Shown here one piece after another: positions 1 to 9,860 of a DNA stretch of 64,000 nucleotides; the stretch's first letter is position 1; every line of letters starts with the position of its first letter. This stretch comes from Candidatus Omnitrophota bacterium (GTDB taxonomy: Bacteria; Omnitrophota; Gorgyraeia; Gygaellales; Profunditerraquicolaceae). The position numbers and the translations under genes are program-made. Location of the stretch: positions 81,977-145,976 of the forward strand of contig JAKLGJ010000002.1 in assembly GCA_022710715.1 (NCBI GenBank). Direction: 5' to 3'. The notes under the pieces are model-generated. The model saw nothing but the letters and a program-made list of their open reading frames with translations. It was not told the DNA's origin and ran no database searches.

Positions 1-1
1 C

Positions 2-1339
2 GAACGCATTGCCATTAACCTGGCCCCTTCTCAAGTCAAGAAACAGGGGGCGGCTTTTGACCTGGCCATCGCCCTGGGCATACTGGCGGCTTCCGGCCAG
101 ATCAATGCAGAATGGCTGAAGAACTACTGCGTGATGGGCGAGCTGGCTCTGGACGGAGCCTTGCGTCCCTGCAAAGGCGTGCTATCGGTAAGTATGGCCG
201 TGGCTAAATCGCATTGCCGTAATTTGATTGTCCCGGCCGAAAACGCCAAAGAAGCAAGCCTGGTTTCCGGAACACAGGTCTGGCCGGTCAAAACGTTGCA
301 ACAAGCCATTGCGTTCCTGCAGAATCCAGACGCATCTACGCCTTTCAAGATCGATCTGCGCGAACTATTCCTGCAACAAACGGTCTATCCGGTCGATTTC
401 AGCGAGATCAAAGGCCAGTACGCAGCCAAGCGGGCCATCGAAGTGGCGGTTTCCGGCGGCCATAATATAGCCATGGTCGGTCCGCCGGGCAGCGGAAAAA
501 CCATGCTCGCTCAACGCATCCCCTCCATTCTACCCGACCTGACCCTCGAAGAATCCCTGGAAGTGACCCGGATCCATTCTGCCCTGGGCTTGCTCCCGGC
601 CGGACAAGGCGTGGTTTCCGCGCATCCTTTTCGCGCGCCGCACCACGCCATTTCTCATGCCGGATTGACAGGCGGAGGACCGTTCCCCCAACCGGGAGAG
701 ATCAGCCTGGCGCATCAGGGCGTCCTGTTCCTGGATGAATTACCGGAGTTCCAGCGCGACTGCCTGGAAGCCCTGCGCCAGCCGCTGGAAGAGGGGCTGA
801 TCCACGTCTGCCGCGCCAGCAGTTCGTTCCTCTTTCCGGCTTCCTTCATGCTGGTAGCGGCAATGAACCCCTGCCCCTGCGGATTCCTGACCGATCCCCG
901 CAAAACATGCCGCTGCCGCCAGGCGCTCATTGAGCGCTACCGGGGGAAGATCTCCGGCCCCCTGAAGGACCGGATCGACATCCATATCGAAGTGCCTCCG
1001 GTGCACATCCGGGAATTGAACGATGCCGGCGACGGGGAACCTTCGGCTGCGATCAAGCAACGGGTGGAGAAAACGCGCGCCCGCCAGCGCCTGCGTTTCT
1101 CGACGGAAGGGATATTCTACAATGCCCAGATGAACGCCCGGATGATCAGGAAATTCTGCTCTTTAAGCCTGCCGGCCCGGGAATTGTTGAAACAGGCCAT
1201 GGAAGAATTGGGTTTGTCTGCGCGGGCATACACCAGAGTGTTAAAAGTGAGCCGCACTATCGCGGATATGGCCGGCGGGGAAACAGTGGAGGCGGAGCAT
1301 ATTGCGGAAGCGGTGCACTACCGCAGTCTGGATCGTTAG
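2..1339 (+). CDS. comM: Mg-chelatase-like AAA+ ATPase ComM/YifB (5'-partial, N-terminus lies outside the window)
   Basis: Reading frame is open from position 2. Translation gives the Lon-like N-domain (DLAIALGILAASGQI) followed by an AAA+ core with Walker A (GPPGSGKT), Walker B (VLFLDELPEF) and a C-terminal Mg-chelatase-type helical domain. Stop codon TAG at 1337-1339. Confidence 0.85.
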   Translation, partial: ERIAINLAPSQVKKQGAAFDLAIALGILAASGQINAEWLKNYCVMGELALDGALRPCKGVLSVSMAVAKSHCRNLIVPAENAKEASLVSGTQVWPVKTLQQAIAFLQNPDASTPFKIDLRELFLQQTVYPVDFSEIKGQYAAKRAIEVAVSGGHNIAMVGPPGSGKTMLAQRIPSILPDLTLEESLEVTRIHSALGLLPAGQGVVSAHPFRAPHHAISHAGLTGGGPFPQPGEISLAHQGVLFLDELPEFQRDCLEALRQPLEEGLIHVCRASSSFLFPASFMLVAAMNPCPCGFLTDPRKTCRCRQALIERYRGKISGPLKDRIDIHIEVPPVHIRELNDAGDGEPSAAIKQRVEKTRARQRLRFSTEGIFYNAQMNARMIRKFCSLSLPARELLKQAMEELGLSARAYTRVLKVSRTIADMAGGETVEAEHIAEAVHYRSLDR

Positions 1340-1962
1340 AACCGCATGATCTGGGTAATAACCTGATCATCGGCGCTATTAATTCCGTTGGGATAATAAA
1401 GATCTATCCCTTCCTGCTGAAGCTTGATCTGAAAACGGTCGGGAACGCTGGTGGCGTCAAGACTGCTGGGTGGACAACCGCAGGTTCCCCCTTTTTGCGT
1501 GGTGCCATAAAAAGGCCGGACACTGACATAGGTCCCTGCCGGCTGCAGCCAGGCGCCAAAAGGCCAGTACTCCCAGTCATAACTGCCCCCCCAGGGCGTG
1601 GCAGGGATTCGCTTCTCCAAATAAGGACCGTTCCAGGAGGCATTAATACTTGCCGCTTGCTGCGCCAGGGGATATGTCCAGGGGGCTCCCCAGGCGGTGG
1701 AAGGACAACAAGAATTGAGATAGGCCGCGCGATTCATGAAACCCGGGTCTTCATCAGGACAAACATCCGGCGGCCATAAGCTGGTATCGCTGTAATAAGC
1801 TAAAGCCGCGGTCTGAATGCTCTTCAAATCTGCCATTACTCGGGTAATTTTGGCTTTCTCGACCGCCCGGTAAGCGTTGGGAGCAATCACTGCGGAAAGA
1901 ATAGCGATAATGGCGATCACCACAATTAATTCCACCAGGGTAAACCCCAGCTGTTTCATCAT
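1336..1962 (-). CDS. prepilin-type N-terminal cleavage/methylation domain protein (type IV pilin / pseudopilin-like) with a Cys-rich C-terminal domain
   Basis: N-terminus MMKQLGFTLVELIVVIAIIAIL matches the class III signal peptide (G|FTLxE) and hydrophobic helix of type IV pilins. ATG at 1962 or 1959; the ORF track extends to a GTG at 1971. Convergent with comM and overlaps its stop by 4 nt. Confidence 0.8.
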   Translation of the reverse strand: MMKQLGFTLVELIVVIAIIAILSAVIAPNAYRAVEKAKITRVMADLKSIQTAALAYYSDTSLWPPDVCPDEDPGFMNRAAYLNSCCPSTAWGAPWTYPLAQQAASINASWNGPYLEKRIPATPWGGSYDWEYWPFGAWLQPAGTYVSVRPFYGTTQKGGTCGCPPSSLDATSVPDRFQIKLQQEGIDLYYPNGINSADDQVITQIMRF

Positions 1963-2057
1963 GGCCCCCACTTTGCCCCCATTAATCCACTACAAGTGTA
2001 GCACAATTTTACCATGAATACAAATCGCTAAATTGCAATCGGTTACGATCATTACGC

Positions 2058-2810
2058 TCAACAATTCTTCTTGGAAGTAAACAGGTTGCCGCGCACGATT
2101 CTGGCGCGATGCAGGAAATAAACCAGCAGGCACCCCAGAGTTTGCAGGCCATAGCGGACACTGGGGGTAAAACCGATGGAAGAAGCTTGCGGGAAATAAC
2201 GCACCGGCATGGGAATATCGCCGATGGTGAAACCGAAATGCACAGCCTGTACCAGCATCTGGGTATCGAAAACAAAACCGTCGTGATTTTTTTCAAAAGG
2301 AACGGTCTGAAGCACTGCGCGACGATAGGCCCGGAACCCGGAATGAAACTCGCCCAGATTCTGTCCCAGACAGATATTCTCCAGGCCGGTTAAGAAACGA
2401 TTGGCCAGGTATTTGTAAAGCGGCATGCCTGACGCCAGGCATTCCTTGCGCGATCTGACCCGGTTGCCCAGGACAACATCACATACGCCCAGACGCAGGA
2501 TATCCAGGGCGGCCGGAATCAGCCGGCTGTCATACTGGTAATCCGGATGCACCATCACGATAAACGCCGCGCCCTTTTCCAGCGCCAGCCGGTAACAGGT
2601 TTTTTGGTTGGCGCCGTATCCTTTATTGGCATGGTGCTCGTAAACCGTGAGGCGAAGCTGGCGGGCAATCGTTACGGTATCATCGGTACTGGCGTCATCG
2701 ACCAGGATAATCTCATCCACGCTCCCCGCAGGGATTGCCTGGATCGTCCGGGCCAGCGTCAACGCCGCATTATAGGCAGGCAGAACCGCTATAACTTTTT
2801 CTTTCATCAC
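2058..2810 (-). CDS. family 2 glycosyltransferase (DPM1/GtrB-like)
   Basis: [14 protein letters not shown]...[14 protein letters not shown] is the GT-A N-terminal nucleotide-binding signature (DxD-type); 250 aa. Confidence 0.8.
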   Translation of the reverse strand: MMKEKVIAVLPAYNAALTLARTIQAIPAGSVDEIILVDDASTDDTVTIARQLRLTVYEHHANKGYGANQKTCYRLALEKGAAFIVMVHPDYQYDSRLIPAALDILRLGVCDVVLGNRVRSRKECLASGMPLYKYLANRFLTGLENICLGQNLGEFHSGFRAYRRAVLQTVPFEKNHDGFVFDTQMLVQAVHFGFTIGDIPMPVRYFPQASSIGFTPSVRYGLQTLGCLLVYFLHRARIVRGNLFTSKKNC

Positions 2811-2954
2811 CGTCTATCTTACCATGCCAACCGGGGTTTATCAATGAATTTAGCCGGCCGCGCGCAGCGATTTTGCTTGAGGAAATCAGCGGTAGCCGTA
2901 TAATAGAAAATACGACCCGTTCGGTCCAGCCACCTATCCCACAAAGGAGATGCT

Positions 2955-3506
2955 ATGCCGGCAAACATCAAAGCTATCGCTCAACGCATCAAAGAACTGC
3001 GCACGATCAACGGGCTCTCCCCCGAAGCCCTGGCTAAAGAATTCAAGATATCTCTGGAGACTTACAAGAAATACGAACAAGGGGATAAAGACATCCCGGT
3101 CGGCCTCCTCTATGAAGTCGCCCAGAAATTCAATGTCGAACTGACCACCCTGCTGACCGGAGACGAACCGCATCTGCACGCTTACAGTCTGGTGAAGAAA
3201 AACCTGGGACCGGCGGTAGACCGGCGCAAAGAATATAAATATAAAGATCTCGCGTATAACTTCGTCAACAAAAAGGCCGAGATTTTCATGGTCACGGTCA
3301 CGCCGGGGAAAAAATCGGATATTCACTATTATTCCCATCCCGGCCAGGAATTCAATTATATACTCGAAGGAAGCCTGCAGGTGCTGCTCGAGGGCCATGA
3401 AATCACCCTCGACCAGGGCGACGCATTTTATTTCAATTCCGGGCTCAAGCATGCCATGGTTGCATTACATGGAAAACCGGCGCGGTTTCTGGCGATCATT
3501 CTCTAG
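2955..3506 (+). CDS. XRE-family HTH transcriptional regulator with C-terminal cupin domain
   Basis: N-terminal HTH ([26 protein letters not shown]). C-terminal cupin beta-barrel signature ([18 protein letters not shown]...[12 protein letters not shown]). Confidence 0.8.
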   Translation: MPANIKAIAQRIKELRTINGLSPEALAKEFKISLETYKKYEQGDKDIPVGLLYEVAQKFNVELTTLLTGDEPHLHAYSLVKKNLGPAVDRRKEYKYKDLAYNFVNKKAEIFMVTVTPGKKSDIHYYSHPGQEFNYILEGSLQVLLEGHEITLDQGDAFYFNSGLKHAMVALHGKPARFLAIIL

Positions 3507-3547
3507 AACAATACGTACCCACAAAGACACACAAGGAGTCTGCGACC

Positions 3548-5209
3548 ATGCTGAAGAAATTCCTTAAAACCAGTTCGTTCGATTCATATGAGGATTTTGC
3601 CAAACGCTTTAAGATGCTCGTCCCGAAAGGCTTCAACTTCGCCTGGGACGTAGTTGACGAGATCGCCGCGAAAACCCCGGATAAGCGGGCGCTGGTCTGG
3701 TGCAACGATAAAGGAGACCAGCGGACCTTTTCTTTCGGCGAGATAAAACGCTCTACCGACAAAACCGCCAATTTCCTGATCTCGCTGGGGATACAAAAAG
3801 GCGACCCGGTAATGCTTATCCTTAAACGGCATTTCGAATACTGGTTCTGCCTGCTGGCGCTGCATAAAATCGGCGCCATCGCCATTCCCGCGACGCACCT
3901 GCTCAAAGCAAAAGATATCATCTACCGCAACAACGCCGCAAGCATCAAAATGATCGTCTGCGTGGACGAAACGGAAATTCTCGATCAGATCGATATCGCG
4001 GCTAAAGAATCCTCCACCCTGGCGCATAAAGTCGTGATAGGAAAAGACCGCCCGGGATGGCAGTCGTTCTACCAGGGAATGGAAACAGCTTCCGAGCATA
4101 TCAGCCGGCCGACCGGCAGGCACGCCACCAGGAACGAGGATATTTCCCTGCTGTATTTTACCTCCGGGACGACCGGCATGCCCAAGATGGTCCAGCATAA
4201 CTTCGTCTATCCGCTCGGGCACATTCTCACGGCGAAATACTGGCAGAATGTGCAGGAGGACGGTTTGCATTTAACCGTTGCCGATACCGGTTGGGCCAAA
4301 GCCGCCTGGGGCAAGATCTACGGACAGTGGCTCTCCGGCACCGCAATCTTTGTTTACGACTATGACAAGTTCGTGCCCAAGAATATCCTGGAAGTGCTGG
4401 CTAAATACAAAGTGACCACGTTCTGCGCGCCGCCGACCATTTTCCGTTACCTGATCAAGGAGGATTTAAAGCAATACGATTTTTCGCAGTTGAAATACTG
4501 CGTGGTTGCCGGCGAACCCCTGAATCCGGAAGTATTCCATCAATTCAAGAAGATGACCGGCCTCAAACTGATGGAAGGATACGGCCAGACGGAAACCGTA
4601 GTGCAGATCGCCACTTATCCCTGGATGGAACCGAAGCCCGGTTCGATGGGTAAACCTACGCCGGGTTATGAGATCGACCTGGTTAACGACAAAGGCGCCT
4701 CCTGCGGCGTGGGCGAAGAAGGGCAGATCGTGATCCGCACCGACAAACACAAACCCGCGGGGATGTTTGACGGCTATTACCGAGACGCGAAACTCACTCA
4801 ATCCGTCTGGAGCGACGGGGTCTATTATACCGGCGATATGGCCTGGAGGGATGAAGACGGTTATTACTGGTTCGTGGGCAGGGCTGACGATCTGATCAAG
4901 AGTTCCGGATACCGCATCGGCCCGTTCGAGGTGGAAAGCGCGCTGCTGGAGCATCCGGCGGTACTGGAATGCGCCATCACCGCTGTGCCCGATCCCGACC
5001 GCGGGCAGATCGTAAAAGCGAGCGTGGTGCTGACCAAAAACTATAAAGCCAGCCAGGAGCTGGTGGTGGAATTACAGGAGCACGTCAAGAAAGTGACGGC
5101 TCCTTATAAATATCCGCGCATTATCGAGTTTGTGACTGAATTGCCCAAGACCATCAGCGGCAAAATCAGAAGAGTGCAGATCAGGGAAGCGGACAAGAAC
5201 AGGGAATAG
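3548..5209 (+). CDS. AMP-forming acyl-CoA synthetase (medium-chain acyl-CoA ligase-like)
   Basis: AMP-binding motif [20 protein letters not shown] / YGQTET core motifs, C-terminal [10 protein letters not shown] lysine motif; 553 aa. Confidence 0.85.
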   Translation: MLKKFLKTSSFDSYEDFAKRFKMLVPKGFNFAWDVVDEIAAKTPDKRALVWCNDKGDQRTFSFGEIKRSTDKTANFLISLGIQKGDPVMLILKRHFEYWFCLLALHKIGAIAIPATHLLKAKDIIYRNNAASIKMIVCVDETEILDQIDIAAKESSTLAHKVVIGKDRPGWQSFYQGMETASEHISRPTGRHATRNEDISLLYFTSGTTGMPKMVQHNFVYPLGHILTAKYWQNVQEDGLHLTVADTGWAKAAWGKIYGQWLSGTAIFVYDYDKFVPKNILEVLAKYKVTTFCAPPTIFRYLIKEDLKQYDFSQLKYCVVAGEPLNPEVFHQFKKMTGLKLMEGYGQTETVVQIATYPWMEPKPGSMGKPTPGYEIDLVNDKGASCGVGEEGQIVIRTDKHKPAGMFDGYYRDAKLTQSVWSDGVYYTGDMAWRDEDGYYWFVGRADDLIKSSGYRIGPFEVESALLEHPAVLECAITAVPDPDRGQIVKASVVLTKNYKASQELVVELQEHVKKVTAPYKYPRIIEFVTELPKTISGKIRRVQIREADKNRE

Positions 5210-5235
5210 CGCTCTCTGCGCAAACCTGCGTCGCG

Positions 5236-5487
5236 TTACCAGAGATTCTTCTTGATCCAGGCGTCGGCGTCCTCTATCCTGCCGGAAAAAGACCCGGGAG
5301 CTCGCGTGCCGGATACGCCACCGACATCTTCGTAATATTCCCCGCCGCCGGTGCCGGTTGAAGTCAAATAAGCCAGGTCGCTGGTCTTTATCTTACCCGT
5401 ACTGAAGGCAGCCATCGTTTCACACCCCGCAAGGCATGCCGCCATCGCCAGAAGACAAACAACTATCAGCATTCTGTACGCGTTCAT
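5236..5487 (-). CDS. small lipoprotein, function unknown
   Basis: Internal start MNAYRMLIVVCLLAMAACLAGC has a signal peptide plus a lipobox (LAGC). AAGGA RBS 8 nt upstream of ATG at 5487. Gly-rich mature part. Confidence 0.55.
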   Translation of the reverse strand: MNAYRMLIVVCLLAMAACLAGCETMAAFSTGKIKTSDLAYLTSTGTGGGEYYEDVGGVSGTRAPGSFSGRIEDADAWIKKNLW

Positions 5488-5629
5488 AGTACATCCTTTC
5501 CCGTGTCGGTTGCACACTAACGCCGGATCGCTCAACACGCTACAATAACTATAACCGATGGGATTGCGATTTTCAAATTTTAAAGTGCCGGAATGAAAGC
5601 GCTTTCAGCGCCCGAGGAGAGATGGGGAG

Positions 5630-6022
5630 TTACGTTGAGTTTTTTACAAAAGTATCAATTTCCCGGCTGTCGTTTTTCTCAATGGAGGTAAAAACGATGC
5701 CCAGGCGGTATTCATTGTTCGCCAGGATCTGGCGGTAGCGGACCGTCCCTTCTATTTCCATGGGACCATAAAAGCTGACGTCATCGCTATCGACCTTGAA
5801 GAGGGTGAATTTCATGGACAGGATCGAGTCTTCGGGGAGATCGTAATTGGTCAGGATGGCCAGGCCGCCTTCGCTCAAGTCGATCATGGTCGCGCGGATT
5901 TCCTTGTTCTCAACCACCATGCGCATCTTGGAAGCGTTGTTGATGCGAAAAACAATGGCCAGGTTGACCCGTAACCGTTTGAATTTCCTGCGTTCGCGCT
6001 GCGCGTCAAATGCCGCAACCAT
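5630..6022 (-). CDS. PilZ domain protein (c-di-GMP receptor)
   Basis: RxxxR motif (RERRKFKRLRV) and D-x-S-x-G-G motif (DLSEGGLAI), the two halves of the PilZ c-di-GMP binding site; 130 aa. Confidence 0.75.
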   Translation of the reverse strand: MVAAFDAQRERRKFKRLRVNLAIVFRINNASKMRMVVENKEIRATMIDLSEGGLAILTNYDLPEDSILSMKFTLFKVDSDDVSFYGPMEIEGTVRYRQILANNEYRLGIVFTSIEKNDSREIDTFVKNST

Positions 6023-6030
6023 GCTGCCTC

Positions 6031-6447
6031 CTACTTGGCTGTTTCCTGATTATCCTGCAAAAGCTCCTCCACCATTTTCTTGGAAGCGGTAGAGAGATTC
6101 TTTTCCAGTTGGTGAATGACGGTATCTCGTTTCGACAGTTCGTGCCGGGCAGTCCCCAGCGACTGCTCCGCAGTATCGAGTTTTTCCGAAAGCGCCTGCA
6201 GCTGACGACGCAGCGCCAGCGTATCTTTCCTGGCGTCAGCCGCGCCGCGATCCGCTTCGGTTTTGATCGCCACGACTGCAGCAATAAAACAAAAGAGCAG
6301 CGCGCCCAGCCAGATCGCCGTGGTCCGCCAGAAAGCCAGGGATTGCACCAGCTCGGCATACTTAGTACGGTATGCCAATACCAGCTGTTTATAATCCGCC
6401 AGCGCGTAGATAACGTCCGATCTTGGTTTTTCAGTCATAGTCTTCAT
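6031..6447 (-). CDS. small membrane protein with one TM helix and a coiled-coil tail, function unknown
   Basis: The track ORF (6031..6816) overlaps folE out of frame at its N-terminus. The plausible start is MKTMTEK at 6447. It contains the TM segment AIWLGALLFCFIAAVVAI followed by heptad-like LRRQLQALSEKLDTAEQSL. Confidence 0.5.
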   Translation of the reverse strand: MKTMTEKPRSDVIYALADYKQLVLAYRTKYAELVQSLAFWRTTAIWLGALLFCFIAAVVAIKTEADRGAADARKDTLALRRQLQALSEKLDTAEQSLGTARHELSKRDTVIHQLEKNLSTASKKMVEELLQDNQETAK

Positions 6448-6482
6448 CCGTATGCAGCGATGCTCATCTCTATTATAATACT

Positions 6483-7037
6483 TTATCGCATCAACGCAAG
6501 CGCTTCGGAACGCGTCTTCTCGTTCTTCTGAAAAATCCCCCGGACCACCGACGTGACGGTAAGCGTGCCCGGTTTCTTGACCCCGCGCATGGACATGCAT
6601 AAATGCTCCGCTTCGATCACTACCATGCATCCCTGCGGATCGAGCGTGGACATGATGATGTCGGCAATCTGCGTGGTCAACCGCTCCTGCACCTGCGGTC
6701 GCCTGGCCAGGATATCCACCACCCGGGCGATCTTGCTTAATCCGGTAACCTTGCCTTTTTTGGGAATATAGGCGACGTGCGCCCTGCCGGTGAAAGGAAG
6801 CAGGTGATGCTCGCAAATACTATACAGCGGGATGCCTTTGAGCAGAATGATCTCATCGTGCTTCTGTTCAAGGATCACTTCGAGTTCGGCGGCCGGGTCT
6901 TTGTTGATGCCGGCGAATATCTCGGCGTACATCTCCGCTACCCTGCGGGGCGTATCCAGCAAATCCTTGCGCCGCGGATCCTCTCCGATAGCCGACAGGA
7001 TATCCCTGACTGCTTTTTCGATCTTTTTCTGATCCAT
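6483..7037 (-). CDS. folE: GTP cyclohydrolase I
   Basis: Strong family match, including the conserved core ...[25 protein letters not shown]...; 184 aa. Confidence 0.92.
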   Translation of the reverse strand: MDQKKIEKAVRDILSAIGEDPRRKDLLDTPRRVAEMYAEIFAGINKDPAAELEVILEQKHDEIILLKGIPLYSICEHHLLPFTGRAHVAYIPKKGKVTGLSKIARVVDILARRPQVQERLTTQIADIIMSTLDPQGCMVVIEAEHLCMSMRGVKKPGTLTVTSVVRGIFQKNEKTRSEALALMR

Positions 7038-7048
7038 AGAACCCTCTC

Positions 7049-8446
7049 TTATTTACCGATGCAAAATGAACCGAATATCCGATCAAGCATGTCCTCGGTG
7101 AACGTCGCCCCCAGCAGGATATCGAAACAAGCCAGCGCGTCTTTGAGAGACTGCGCGACATATTCTACCGATATATTATTATGCAGCGAATCGATGGATT
7201 CGGCAATGAGTTTTTCTGCCGCCTTGAGCTGATGAATATGCCGCAGGTTGCTCACCAGAATGCTTTCCGGGCTGCGCATATCGTCTGTACCCGCTGTCGC
7301 CGCAATGGCGTCTTCCAGCGCGCGGATATTGCGCATGGTGCGGGCAGACAATTCCACCGCGCACGGGAACGCCGGGGCAAGGCTGCCGGCGGTCAGACGT
7401 TTTTTTAGATCGATCTTATTGAGTACCGCTATCGTCTTTTTGCGGCGCAGACGGCGCATCAGTTGCCGGTCGACCGCGGACAAAGACTTGCTTGCGTCGA
7501 ACATCGCGATCACCACATCGGCGTCGGAAATACACGCTTTGGTCCGGGCTACCGCTTTTCGCTCCACCAGATCCCGCGGTTCCAGCAGGCCGGCGGTATC
7601 CATGATCCGCACCGGGATGCCGCGGATATCGATTATTTCTTCGATTACGTCCCGGGTTGTCCCGGCGATAGGAGTAACGATCGCGCGTTCCTGCTTTAAA
7701 AGCGCGTTTAACAGCGACGACTTACCCACATTGGGTTTGCCGCAAATAACCACGCGTATCCCTTCCCGCACGATCCTGCCCAGACGGGCTCTCTCAAGAA
7801 GGGCGCGCAACTGCTGCTGCGCCCGGGATAACGCCGCCAGGCTTATATCTCGCTGCATAGCAGGAATGCCGTCCTCCGGGAAATCAATAGCCGCTTCCAG
7901 CGGCGACAGAATATCGAGCAATTGAGAACGCACCTGCTGAATCTGACCGGATAATCCGCCGCGCAACTGCTCGAGCCCGACCCGCAGGGAGAAATCCGTT
8001 TTTGCCCTCACGATATCCAGAACAGCCTCTGCCTGGGACAAATCTATCCGGCCGTTCAAAAAAGCCCGTTTGGTGAATTCGCCCGGATCGGCCAGCCGGC
8101 ACCCCTGCTCCAATGCCAGTTCAAGCACTCGCCGCAAGGCGATCTGTCCGCCGTGGCAATTGATCTCGACACTATTTTCGCGGGTATAGGTCCGCGGCGC
8201 GCGCATCACCAGCAACAGAACTTCATCTATAATTTGCTTGGCTGCTCCGCAGGCGTGTACGATCCATCCGTAGCGCACCGTATGGCTGGACCAGGTTGAA
8301 GGCGGTTTACCGCTTTTGGACGTAAAGATGCGATCGGCAACCTTCAACGCGTCCTTTCCGCTGATCCTGACGATACCGATGCCAGCTTCGCCGGCAGAAG
8401 TGGCGATCGCGACTATTGTATCGGTAAGATCGTTTTTCTTAATCAA
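7049..8446 (-). CDS. mnmE: tRNA uridine-5-carboxymethylaminomethyl modification GTPase MnmE
   Basis: N-terminal [21 protein letters not shown], central G domain ([18 protein letters not shown]), C-terminal CIGK tetrapeptide typical of MnmE/TrmE. Confidence 0.93.
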   Translation of the reverse strand: MIKKNDLTDTIVAIATSAGEAGIGIVRISGKDALKVADRIFTSKSGKPPSTWSSHTVRYGWIVHACGAAKQIIDEVLLLVMRAPRTYTRENSVEINCHGGQIALRRVLELALEQGCRLADPGEFTKRAFLNGRIDLSQAEAVLDIVRAKTDFSLRVGLEQLRGGLSGQIQQVRSQLLDILSPLEAAIDFPEDGIPAMQRDISLAALSRAQQQLRALLERARLGRIVREGIRVVICGKPNVGKSSLLNALLKQERAIVTPIAGTTRDVIEEIIDIRGIPVRIMDTAGLLEPRDLVERKAVARTKACISDADVVIAMFDASKSLSAVDRQLMRRLRRKKTIAVLNKIDLKKRLTAGSLAPAFPCAVELSARTMRNIRALEDAIAATAGTDDMRSPESILVSNLRHIHQLKAAEKLIAESIDSLHNNISVEYVAQSLKDALACFDILLGATFTEDMLDRIFGSFCIGK

Positions 8447-8450
8447 TGCT

Positions 8451-9836
8451 CTACCCGGCCTTTCTCTTAAGCAATGCGCTCCTGGCTTCGCCCACCACGA
8501 AGAGCGAACCTGTCACCACGATCAGCGGCCGGCGATACATCCGGGACTGCCGCCGCGCCAGAGAAAGCGCCCGGCGTATCCCGTGAGTTATCGTTGCCTG
8601 CGTCCGGGAAAAAAGTGCGCGCTGCCGGGAATAGATCTCTTCGGACGCCGTTGCCCGCGGATTATCCGCCTGGGTAAGAACGACTGCGCGGCTTAACGGG
8701 ACCAGCTCCCGGCAAATGCCGGCGATATCTTTGTCCTGGGAAATGCCCAGCACCAGGATGATCTGTTTCTGCGCAAACTCCCTGTTCAGGGTCTGACGCA
8801 GCATTCGCGCTGACGCCGGATTATGCGCGCCGTCCAGTATGATCAGCGGCGCCCGGCTGACCGTTTCGCAGCGACCGGGCCAGCGCGTCTGCGCCAATCC
8901 CCTGCGCAGTGCCGCCGCGGAAGTCCGGGCCAGCCCTAACGAACACAGTCCTTTGACCAGGGAAACCGCGGCTGCGGCATTGACAATCTGGTGGCTGCCG
9001 GAGATACGCACAGCCAAACCCGGGACCGCGCCGAGACGACCGTTCAAACCAAACGACTGTCGGCCGCGGCCAGCGCCGGGGACGATCAGGATATCCTTGC
9101 CGATTTCGAACAACGCTGCCCGCTGCCTGCGACACTGCCGGCGAATCACCGCCAGCGCTTCCCGCGGCTGCGGCGCGCAGATCACCGGCACCCGGGCTTT
9201 AATGATCCCGGCTTTCTCCGCGGCGATCGCCGCGAGAGTAGAACCCAGCTTATTGGTATGGTCATAGCTGATCGGGGTAATACAACAGATCGCGGCGTCA
9301 ACCGCATTGGTGGCATCCAGCCTCCCCCCCATTCCGGTTTCCAGCACCGCATAATCAACGTTCCGCTGCCGAAAATACACCAGCGCCAGTGCAGTATACA
9401 CTTCAAAGAACGAGAGCGGCCCGTAGCGACAGGAGCGGGAATACGCATCTATCCCGGGCTTGAGCTGGGCAACCAGTTTCGCCAATCCGGACGCGGAGAT
9501 CATCCCTTCGAAATCCCGGGCGGTCCCGGAACGAGAAACCGCGCGCGCTGGCGCAAGTATGCGGATGCGCTCCCTGACCGAGCACAAATGCGGCGACGTG
9601 TACAAACCCACCCGGTATCCGCTGGCCCGCAATATATACGCCGTAAAAGCGCAGGTCGACCCCTTACCCTTGGTGCCGGCGACATGAATGCACTTCAACC
9701 CTGCCTGCGGATTACCCAGGAGGCGAAGAAAATTCCGGATGCGTTCCAGTTTGAACGATTGCTTATAGGCAAAAGCGGTTCTCTTTTCGTAATTGATGAA
9801 AGAGTCGAGATATGTGAGCGCGGTACGGTAGGTCAT
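8451..9836 (-). CDS. folC: bifunctional folylpolyglutamate synthase / dihydrofolate synthase
   Basis: Mur-ligase-type P-loop VAGTKGKGST and FolC family layout; located between mnmE/folE and purH. Confidence 0.85.
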   Translation of the reverse strand: MTYRTALTYLDSFINYEKRTAFAYKQSFKLERIRNFLRLLGNPQAGLKCIHVAGTKGKGSTCAFTAYILRASGYRVGLYTSPHLCSVRERIRILAPARAVSRSGTARDFEGMISASGLAKLVAQLKPGIDAYSRSCRYGPLSFFEVYTALALVYFRQRNVDYAVLETGMGGRLDATNAVDAAICCITPISYDHTNKLGSTLAAIAAEKAGIIKARVPVICAPQPREALAVIRRQCRRQRAALFEIGKDILIVPGAGRGRQSFGLNGRLGAVPGLAVRISGSHQIVNAAAAVSLVKGLCSLGLARTSAAALRRGLAQTRWPGRCETVSRAPLIILDGAHNPASARMLRQTLNREFAQKQIILVLGISQDKDIAGICRELVPLSRAVVLTQADNPRATASEEIYSRQRALFSRTQATITHGIRRALSLARRQSRMYRRPLIVVTGSLFVVGEARSALLKRKAG

Positions 9837-9860
9837 GCGACGTAGGACGGGGATCTCCGG

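Noticed and set aside
2934-3452. 172-aa minus-strand ORF with FIFIFF low-complexity
   Set aside because: Antisense to the well-supported XRE-cupin gene, with no motifs. A typical shadow ORF in high-GC DNA.
3584-4270. 228-aa minus-strand ORF
   Set aside because: Antisense to the acyl-CoA synthetase gene; no motifs or RBS.
6031-6816. 261-aa track ORF
   Set aside because: Its first ~123 codons overlap folE (6483..7037) in another frame and are His/Arg-rich and compositionally odd. Only the 3' part from the Met at 6447 is a plausible gene.
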